From contig JAVCDB010000106.1 in NCBI GenBank assembly GCA_030765205.1, positions 906 through 64,905 on the forward strand: DNA of 64,000 bases, given 5' to 3'. The notes beneath the pieces are model-generated. The model was not told the origin of the DNA and ran no database searches. It was given only the letters and a program-made list of their open reading frames with translations. Numbering within the stretch: the stretch's first letter is position 1; each line of letters starts with the position of its first letter. Positions 57,003 to 64,000 of this stretch are shown piece after piece. The stretch comes from Candidatus Aadella gelida. GTDB taxonomy: Bacteria; Omnitrophota; Gorgyraeia; Tantalellales; Tantalellaceae. Position numbers and translations under genes: made by a program.

Positions 57003-58495
57003 AACATATCCTTGTATTTATCGAGAGTAACGTTCATTGTCCGGTTAAGATCGATCACCGCACTATTATATTTTTGAATGAACACAGCGTTCTCTAATTT
57101 AACATTCAGTATGTCTCTTTGATAATCAATTATTTTTTTAGTGTTGCTCCGGCCGTACTTAAACCGTTTTTCTTCTTCGGCAAGTTTTTTTTCTTCTAGC
57201 TCAACTGCCTTGTCAGAATACAGGATACTTTCCTTCAAGGCCTTCATGTCACCGAAAGCGTTTCCTATTTCAGTAATTATAGCGCGTTCTGTCTCCTTTA
57301 GAGTAATTAGGGCTTTTTCTTTCTCATGCTCGGCCTTAATTTTCTGGCTGAGTGCATCTCTATTATCGAGAGGTATTTCTACTTCTATCCCTGCGAGATA
57401 ATAAGTATTATCACCTCCTGTTGTTTTTCTTACAGCTTCGGTCAAGTCGCCTTCCAATCCGTTGACAGCCATACTTAAACTAACATCTACTTCCGGCAAG
57501 GTGTTATTCTTTTTGATCTTGAGATTCAATCCTTTTATCTCTATCTCTTTTTTTGCAACAAGATAATCCCTTCTTCTCATAAAGGCTTCTTTAAGGCATC
57601 CCTCGAGATCGACATGAGGCTCTTTCAACCTAATACCTTCTATTGCCTCCAGACCCTTCTCTGATCCTATATTCATCAACAATTTAAGATTAGCCCTAGC
57701 CTTTTCAAGATCGTTTTCAGAAATATTATATTCAGCTTTTATCCTTAAAAGATTAGCTTCCGAAGCTATCAGATCCACTTTTTCTGTGAGCCCTATCTCA
57801 AGATTCTTCTTATCAGTCTCATTCAGTTCTTCTGATCTTTTAAGCATCTCCTTGTATATATTCAAAGATTCTGTAGCGTGAACAAGGCCAATATATGCCT
57901 TTTCTACTTGAGAAATGACCCCCTCTATCCTGTCCTGCTCGTCAAGTCCAGCATTCTCTATAGACATTCTAGTTAAAGAAAGATTCCCCCTATCAATATA
58001 CCCCAATCCGTTTTTCGCTAAAGGCTGCACAAGCGTAACCATGCCTTCGACCTCATGTGCGGGATTTTTTGACGTAAATTCCGTATTATTCCACGACCTT
58101 TGGTCCGACAATTCCGCTGAAACTTCCGTTCCCGTGAGAAAGGTCTTTTTAAGACCTGCATAATACGAATTGGTCTGGTTGTCGTCAGAAGCAAAAACCG
58201 ATAATTGCTGACGTTTATCGTCTAAATAGGACGCTCCTCCGTACAAAACAGTATCGAAAACCGCTTCAGAATACATTCGATCTGTTTCCGCTATATAAAG
58301 ATCAAGCTTTGCCTTCTTCACTTCAAAACTATTTTTTAACGCGACCGTTACACATTCTTCTAGAGAAAAAGTTTCAATGGCATCCTCTTTACCTTCGAGC
58401 GTCATTCCCGAAACACATAGAAGTAAGGTAAGAGCGCAACATACCTTCAGAACTCTTAATCCCTTCTTCCTATTTTTAGAGCTGATAGATCTCAT
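56999..58495 (-). CDS. TolC family outer membrane protein
   Basis: Signal peptide, SLEECV..ALKN, two helical repeats, EEKRFKYG. Confidence 0.88.
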   Translation of the reverse strand: MRSISSKNRKKGLRVLKVCCALTLLLCVSGMTLEGKEDAIETFSLEECVTVALKNSFEVKKAKLDLYIAETDRMYSEAVFDTVLYGGASYLDDKRQQLSVFASDDNQTNSYYAGLKKTFLTGTEVSAELSDQRSWNNTEFTSKNPAHEVEGMVTLVQPLAKNGLGYIDRGNLSLTRMSIENAGLDEQDRIEGVISQVEKAYIGLVHATESLNIYKEMLKRSEELNETDKKNLEIGLTEKVDLIASEANLLRIKAEYNISENDLEKARANLKLLMNIGSEKGLEAIEGIRLKEPHVDLEGCLKEAFMRRRDYLVAKKEIEIKGLNLKIKKNNTLPEVDVSLSMAVNGLEGDLTEAVRKTTGGDNTYYLAGIEVEIPLDNRDALSQKIKAEHEKEKALITLKETERAIITEIGNAFGDMKALKESILYSDKAVELEEKKLAEEEKRFKYGRSNTKKIIDYQRDILNVKLENAVFIQKYNSAVIDLNRTMNVTLDKYKDML

Positions 58496-58497
58496 TC

Positions 58498-58938
58498 TTA
58501 CCCTCTCAGTTTTGTATATACTTTAGTCAATAATCTCAAATATTCTTTTTTTTCATCATACGTAAACACGGAAAAAACATCGTTGACGACATCTATCTTC
58601 ATGCGATAGGTCTTTTCCACAATTCTTTTCCCTTTGGGGAGCATTAATACCATTACTACTCTGCGGTCCGTACCTGACCTTTCTCTCTTAACAAGCTTCA
58701 TTTCGGTCATCTTGTCGATAATCCCGGTAACAGCGCTCAAAGTTATCCCCAGAAGATCCGCAATATCACCCATACGACATGCACCTCTCTCTTTCAGCAT
58801 ATCCAATATCGCAATATGTGTCAGGCTTAAGTTATCCCTTCCCATTACCTTCATCTGTTTTACTACTATTTCCCGTAAGATAAGCGGGTGTATCTTAGCG
58901 AACTCTTCCCCTATATTTATCGTATTTTTCTTTTCCAT
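58498..58938 (-). CDS. MarR family transcriptional regulator
   Basis: wHTH, LVKRERSGTDRRVV..L..KG. Confidence 0.93.
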   Translation of the reverse strand: MEKKNTINIGEEFAKIHPLILREIVVKQMKVMGRDNLSLTHIAILDMLKERGACRMGDIADLLGITLSAVTGIIDKMTEMKLVKRERSGTDRRVVMVLMLPKGKRIVEKTYRMKIDVVNDVFSVFTYDEKKEYLRLLTKVYTKLRG

Positions 58939-59002
58939 GATCCATCCTTAAAATAAACTTAACCTACAAAATACTTAACTTACTTAACTATTTCTCCAGT
59001 AA

Positions 59003-59031
59003 AGTATATTCCTGTAAGGCAAATATGTCAA
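59003..59031 (-). promoter_or_regulatory. Sigma70 promoter of the marR-tolC-RND operon; ACTTAAC repeats at 58956-58988 are a candidate operator
   Basis: TTGACA-17 bp-TATACT; three ACTTAAC copies in the 5' UTR. Confidence 0.8.
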
Positions 59032-59049
59032 GTGTAATAGTTTGTAGTT

Positions 59050-59370
59050 GGGGGATGTTATTAGACTATTGACTATAGACCATCACTATAGACAGAGAAT
59101 GACCGATCCTTCTTCGCTGCTTGAAGACTAAAAAGAGGGTACAGCTTCGAAGAGACAAGTGTTTAAGAACAGTTTAAAAGGTTGAAAAGTTTTAAAGGTT
59201 TAAAATTCAGATTGGGCTGATGCAGGAAACGGTCTAAAAGGTAGGGATTGACTGATGTGAACAGTGAAAGGTCAATAGTCAATAGTCAATTGTCAAGGGT
59301 CAACAGATGACCTTTCACTATTCACTTTTACTGATCGTGCTATACGCTATACTACATATTCTATACTAAT
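59050..59370 (-). repeat. Heptamer-array intergenic element, copy G (type 1 core with about 53-bp insertion)
   Basis: Same arms and core in reverse; extra segment at about 59108-59160. Confidence 0.88.
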
Positions 59371-59378
59371 TGCGACCT

Positions 59379-59867
59379 CTACCCTGCTAGGATTTCCTTA
59401 CCGGCTAGGCTCAATGCTAGAACTATTAGGCCAGCTATTAGTACTCCTGCGATTATTGCGGGAAGAGCGTATCTGAACCTTATTTTGAAAAGGGTGGCTG
59501 CCACGCATCCTGTCCAGGCACCTGTGATCGGAAGCGGAACAGCAACAAAAAGTATAAGGCCTAATGCTTCGAATTTTTCTATCAGACCGGCTTTTTTTCT
59601 TGTTCTTTCGAATAGCCAAGTAAAGAACTTTTCAAATACAGGAAGATGCCTTAACCTTTCCGAAACAGGCTTAAGCATTAAAAGTAGAGGAACAACCGGA
59701 ACCAGATTACCAAAGACACCCAAAAAATAGGCTTTTATCGGAGTGAAATCCATGGCTATTGCCAAAGGGATTGCTCCTCTCAATTCTGAGATAGGAAGTG
59801 CGGCCAAAATCATTACCCCGGCTTCCTTATTAAAAGATATTAATGTATCTGCTATCCTTTCCACCAT
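59379..59867 (-). CDS. Putative small multi-drug export family membrane protein
   Basis: LPISELRGAIP, FVAVPLPITGAWTG. Confidence 0.88.
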   Translation of the reverse strand: MVERIADTLISFNKEAGVMILAALPISELRGAIPLAIAMDFTPIKAYFLGVFGNLVPVVPLLLMLKPVSERLRHLPVFEKFFTWLFERTRKKAGLIEKFEALGLILFVAVPLPITGAWTGCVAATLFKIRFRYALPAIIAGVLIAGLIVLALSLAGKEILAG

Positions 59868-59868
59868 A

Positions 59869-60561
59869 TCATCCCCTTCCAGTGCGATGCCGCAGGATTA
59901 GCCATAAAAATTTCAGAGCATCTCTTAAAGGTCTTATTTTGGACGTTTCTTCTCCGTATATGGTCTGTACGGGAACTGATTTTATCATCATACCCTTAGC
60001 CGAAGCTTCCATAAGCATTTCCGAATCTATATCATATTTTTTTGATGTAAGCTCAAGTTTCGCCAATGAACTTATTTTTATTATCCTATATCCGCATTGA
60101 GTATCGGGGATATGCTGCCTACATATACCCGATACCACCCAAGACATAAATCTGTTCGTCAAATAACGTATGAGCGGCATGGATTTAGCGTTTTTCATCC
60201 TGTTTCCGATAACTATATCCGGTTCTTTCCAGTCTCCTTTAGTTGCGTCTATCAGGACGGGTATATCTTCCGTAGGATGCTGTCCGTCAGCATCCATTAT
60301 GATCATCCATTCAAAAGTTGTCTTTTTGAGAACATATTTTATCCCTTCTCTTACGGAAAAACCTTTCCCGAAATTTTTACGGTTCCTCATGACCATGGCA
60401 CCCGCGTCAAGCGCCACACGTTCGGTATTATCAGAAGAACCGTCATCTATCACCAAAACGCTTACCCCCATTCCGGCTATTTTTCTGACGATCGTCCCTA
60501 TCGTTCGCGCTTCGTTATACGAAGGCATTATAACTATTGTGTTTTCTGTTCTTGCGGCCAT
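59869..60561 (-). CDS. GT2 glycosyltransferase (DPM1-like)
   Basis: PSYNE, DDGSSD, GKG, DADGQH, DTQCGYR. Confidence 0.92.
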   Translation of the reverse strand: MAARTENTIVIMPSYNEARTIGTIVRKIAGMGVSVLVIDDGSSDNTERVALDAGAMVMRNRKNFGKGFSVREGIKYVLKKTTFEWMIIMDADGQHPTEDIPVLIDATKGDWKEPDIVIGNRMKNAKSMPLIRYLTNRFMSWVVSGICRQHIPDTQCGYRIIKISSLAKLELTSKKYDIDSEMLMEASAKGMMIKSVPVQTIYGEETSKIRPLRDALKFLWLILRHRTGRG

Positions 60562-61406
60562 ATTCTCCTAAAAGCGTACCATTGATCAGGATATTTTCTG
60601 ATATATTTTTCAAATATCTTGATATAATTTTTCATGATACTCTCTTCGTCAACTTTCGGGTCACCCGTAATAATGCTTTTATCGGGTCTTTCAAAAACAA
60701 AATCAAAAGTATCGTCAGTTTTTCTTATTCCGCTGCAAAACACTACCTGAGCACCTGTTCTTAAAGCTAAAGCTGCCGGGCCTCTGGGCATTATCGCCTT
60801 TTTTCCAAAAAATGTTATAGGAACGCCTACCGACGTATAGACTTTATCCCCCACAACTCCCACTACCTCATTCCTCGAAAGCGCCCTGAAACACTCTTTC
60901 ATCTTACTGCCTATGGGTATTGATTTAAATCCATTGAGGGCTCTTTGCCTTACAAAAAAATCATTTACCTTTTTGTCGGCATGTGTGAGAACTATCCCGC
61001 TTATAGGATATCCCAGACTTCCTATAACAGCCCCCCCAAGTTCCCAATTACCCAGATGCAGGGAAACAAGTACTAAACCCTTTCCCTCAGAAAGACATTC
61101 ATCAAAGTCCTTTTTACCTATGATATTGACGTTCGAATCTATATATTCACTAGTGAACTTGCGAAATCTGAAAAAATCGGCTAGATATTTAGAAAAGTTC
61201 CTGAAAACCTTAAAAACAAGCTTATCCAAGGTCTTATTGTCTGTGCCCTCTCCCAAGACTATCTTAAGATTCTCTTTTAGTTCCTTCTTATCTTGAACCG
61301 AGAATAGAAAAAAAATACGCGCTGTCCATCCTGCTATCAGATAACATACTTTTAGAGGTAAGTGAGCTGTTAAGAAAAATCCTATCCTATAAGCTAGATA
61401 TAACAT
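60534..61406 (-). CDS. LpxL/PatA-like lipid acyltransferase
   Basis: HLGNWE, FFG...P.GPA.LA, YPDQW. Confidence 0.88.
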   Translation of the reverse strand: MLYLAYRIGFFLTAHLPLKVCYLIAGWTARIFFLFSVQDKKELKENLKIVLGEGTDNKTLDKLVFKVFRNFSKYLADFFRFRKFTSEYIDSNVNIIGKKDFDECLSEGKGLVLVSLHLGNWELGGAVIGSLGYPISGIVLTHADKKVNDFFVRQRALNGFKSIPIGSKMKECFRALSRNEVVGVVGDKVYTSVGVPITFFGKKAIMPRGPAALALRTGAQVVFCSGIRKTDDTFDFVFERPDKSIITGDPKVDEESIMKNYIKIFEKYIRKYPDQWYAFRRIWPQEQKTQ

Positions 61407-61487
61407 ATTATACCAGTTTCATTAATTAATTTATCCTTTTACAGTGGCCTTGCCGCATAAAACCATTTTTTTGCATATGCTATAGCA

Positions 61488-61572
61488 GGTTTTAGGTTCT
61501 AGGTGCTAGGTTGTAGGGTTATATTACCTTCCCTATAACCTAAAACCTAGCACCTAGCACCTAACACCTAAA
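61488..61572. repeat. Inverted heptamer arrays forming a hairpin
   Basis: AGGTTTT AGGTTCT AGGTGCT AGGTTGT ... CTATAAC CTAAAAC CTAGCAC CTAGCAC CTAACAC. Confidence 0.85.
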
Positions 61573-61607
61573 CTAATTAATACAATTGGTATTAAGTGTT
61601 TCCGCGG

Positions 61608-62726
61608 TCATTTTATAAAAGCAAGGCGAGCGATATCCAAGGTGCTTGCTGGTCTGGCTATCTTTTTAGCCTGCTCTCTCATTTGGTTTAACTTTTTTCC
61701 TTTGTCAAACAAATCATCCAACTTTTCGTGTAGTTTGGTCTCATCCTCTACCTCAACAGCCGCACCATGCATAACCAAGTAATCCGCGTTCATACGTTCG
61801 TGACCCGGGATAGGCTTCATTATTATCATAGGAAGGTTTTTGACCAATGCTTCGGCGACAGTCATTCCTCCCGGCTTCGTGATAATAACATCCGCAATAT
61901 CCATTATTTCGTCGATATTGTCAACGAACGGCAGAACCTTGAGACTTCCGCTAGTTTTTTTATCCTCGATTTTTTGTAGTTTTGTGTATAACTTTTTATT
62001 CGACCCCGTGATCACTACAAGCTGGTAAAAATGTTCATCATCATTTAATATTGATTCTACGGCAGCTTCGATGCTTCCCAGGCCTTGATTTCCTCCCATT
62101 ATCAGTACCACCGGATGATCCTTGGATATACCCATCTGTTTTTTAAGGATATCCGCAGGTTGACTCTTCGTGAATTTTGGATCTACGGGAATACCATACG
62201 TTCTTATTTTTTCGGCAGCAACACCTTTTTTTGCAAGCATCTCAGATGTTTCTTCTGACGGTGTTATGTAAAGATCGACTTCATCGTACAACCAGTAAGA
62301 ATGAGGAGCATAATCCGTCAAAACTCCGACCAACATCAGCTCTTTTCCTGAGACTCTCTTATAATCAGCTACCATTCCACACGGAAAAGCTTGCGTACAA
62401 AATATTATATCCGGGGAAAATCCGTCCAGCAACTTTTTCATCTTGGACATATTGAACTTATGAAGGGTCTTACGTGCTTTCTCGGTCTTCTTCATGACTT
62501 CCGGGTTATCGTATATGTTTCCCCAGAATTCGGGTTTCTTCTTAATCACTTCATGGTAGGCTGAGATTATTATCTTTCCCAGTATGGGATTTGTATATTC
62601 GGGCGTGTTTATCATCTCCACTTGAATATTCTTATCCAGCTCAAAGAGCCCTTTTTCAATTGCTCTAGCTGCATGAAAATGTCCGGATAACTTTGAAATA
62701 TAGAATATAAGGACTTTTTTGTTCAT
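61608..62726 (-). CDS. MGDG synthase/UgtP-like glycosyltransferase (GT28)
   Basis: SGH..AA.A, TDY..H..W, GIPV, MGG..G, TKPGG.T..EA, PGHE..NA. Confidence 0.9.
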   Translation of the reverse strand: MNKKVLIFYISKLSGHFHAARAIEKGLFELDKNIQVEMINTPEYTNPILGKIIISAYHEVIKKKPEFWGNIYDNPEVMKKTEKARKTLHKFNMSKMKKLLDGFSPDIIFCTQAFPCGMVADYKRVSGKELMLVGVLTDYAPHSYWLYDEVDLYITPSEETSEMLAKKGVAAEKIRTYGIPVDPKFTKSQPADILKKQMGISKDHPVVLIMGGNQGLGSIEAAVESILNDDEHFYQLVVITGSNKKLYTKLQKIEDKKTSGSLKVLPFVDNIDEIMDIADVIITKPGGMTVAEALVKNLPMIIMKPIPGHERMNADYLVMHGAAVEVEDETKLHEKLDDLFDKGKKLNQMREQAKKIARPASTLDIARLAFIK

Positions 62727-62758
62727 ATGGTAAAGATAGCGCTGTAAGAAAGTTTACA

Positions 62759-63949
62759 TTAGATCTTCATGTCCAATACTCTCTTAATACGTTTTGCGGC
62801 CTCAAGAAGCCTTTCCTCTTTTTCGACCAAAGCAAACCTTACAAATCCTTCCCCACCCTCACCAAAACCAGTTCCGGGAGAAAGGACCACCCCTTCTTCT
62901 TTTATGAGGAGTGATACAAATTCCATAGAGGTCAAAGAACTGTATTTTTCGGGGATACGTGCCCAAAGATAGAACGTAGCTTTGGGTTTCGGCACTTCCC
63001 ATCCTATGTCGGAAAGAGCCTTTACCATCACATCTCTTCTGCTCTCATATATCTTTACCTGCTCATTAACACAATCCTGCGAACCCGAAAGTGCCTTGAT
63101 AGCGGCATATTGGATAGGCTTGAATATACCAAAATCCATATACCCTTTTGTTTTAGCAAGAGAGCTAAGCAGTTTCGCGTTACCTACAGCAAACCCTATT
63201 CTCCATCCCGCCATGTTATAAGATTTACTCAATGAATGAAATTCGATCGCAACATCTTTAGCGCCCGGTATTTCCAGAACACTGGGAGCTCTATATCCAT
63301 CAAAGGCTATATCGGAATACGCCAGGTCGCTTATGAGCATAATATCGTTCTTTTTTGCGAAAGAAACAGCTTTCTCATAGAACTCTTTTGTCGCAACTGC
63401 GGTCGTAGGATTATTCGGATAACTCAAAAATATCATTTTAGATTTTTTAAGTATGTCTCCCGGGATATTATCCAGATCAGGCATGAACCCGTTTTCGGCA
63501 CTTACAGGAAGATTATGAAGCATCCCTCCTGCTATAAGGACTCCGTTAAAATGTACAGGATATGCCGGATTAGGGACTAATGCTATATCATCATTGTTAA
63601 GGAACGCAAGAGAGACATGCGCTATCCCTTCTTTCGAGCCGATAAGAGGCACTACTTCAGTACCAGAATCTAGTTTCACACCGAATTTTTTTTGATACCA
63701 GTTCGCAATGGTCCTTTTAAGTTCGTGCTCTGATTTGTCTATAGTTCTGGAATATCTATGGTTTTCCGGTTCTTTTGCTCTACTGCACAGCTCTTCTACA
63801 ATATGATCTGGCGTAGGAACATCTGGATTCCCCATACCAAGATCAAGGATATCCAGTCCCTTGCTTATCGCGTCTCTTTTAAGATCGTCTATGATCGTAA
63901 AAAGATATCTCGGTAACCGTTTCATTCTGTCAGCTTCTTCTATCATCAT
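62759..63949 (-). CDS. Class I PLP aminotransferase (LL-DAP aminotransferase/AlaC-like)
   Basis: LGMGNPD, GSKEG, YPNNPT, DLAY, SLSKSYNMAGWRIG. Confidence 0.9.
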   Translation of the reverse strand: MMIEEADRMKRLPRYLFTIIDDLKRDAISKGLDILDLGMGNPDVPTPDHIVEELCSRAKEPENHRYSRTIDKSEHELKRTIANWYQKKFGVKLDSGTEVVPLIGSKEGIAHVSLAFLNNDDIALVPNPAYPVHFNGVLIAGGMLHNLPVSAENGFMPDLDNIPGDILKKSKMIFLSYPNNPTTAVATKEFYEKAVSFAKKNDIMLISDLAYSDIAFDGYRAPSVLEIPGAKDVAIEFHSLSKSYNMAGWRIGFAVGNAKLLSSLAKTKGYMDFGIFKPIQYAAIKALSGSQDCVNEQVKIYESRRDVMVKALSDIGWEVPKPKATFYLWARIPEKYSSLTSMEFVSLLIKEEGVVLSPGTGFGEGGEGFVRFALVEKEERLLEAAKRIKRVLDMKI

Positions 63950-64000
63950 TTCTCCTGTTCTTCTATTTCTGCAAGGGTCTCCCCGGCAAGAACTTCTTCA

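Noticed and set aside
63946-64000. 3' end of an upstream minus-strand CDS (…EEVLAGETLAEIEEQEK*)
   Set aside because: Plausible, but too short to identify.

Overview
64 kb of core bacterial chromosome. Every credible gene (about 60 CDS plus one tRNA-Gly) is on the minus strand. A PVC-superphylum 'small basic protein' together with the gene content suggests Candidatus Omnitrophota (inference). Contents from high to low coordinates: class I aminotransferase; a glycolipid/acyltransferase group; marR-tolC-RND-M16 peptidase; aroQ-pepP-efp-accB-accC; gmhA/rfaE2/thiD2/thiC/pfkB; tRNA-Gly(CCC); ATPase, dgt, HD-GYP, SPOR; aroB; exeA/exeB-like and PilZ genes; a nearly complete dcw cluster (mraZ to ftsA); and proC-yggT-DUF167-mtnP-ileS-dksA-like-lspA. 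There is no integrase, transposase, CRISPR array or rRNA. Main points of interest: (1) the dcw cluster ends without ftsZ, and its FtsA has lost the ATP-binding motifs and most of the FtsZ-binding 2B subdomain, hinting at FtsZ-independent division; (2) a family of ~200-bp non-coding elements built from nested inverted heptamer arrays occurs 7 times, with orientation tracking transcription-unit boundaries; (3) a tandem array downstream of tRNA-Gly regenerates tRNA-like CCA minihelices and shows compensatory base changes in its hairpins; (4) tandem NrdR-like boxes and a DnaA box lie upstream of the dcw promoter. All family assignments are from motif recognition by eye; no searches were run.
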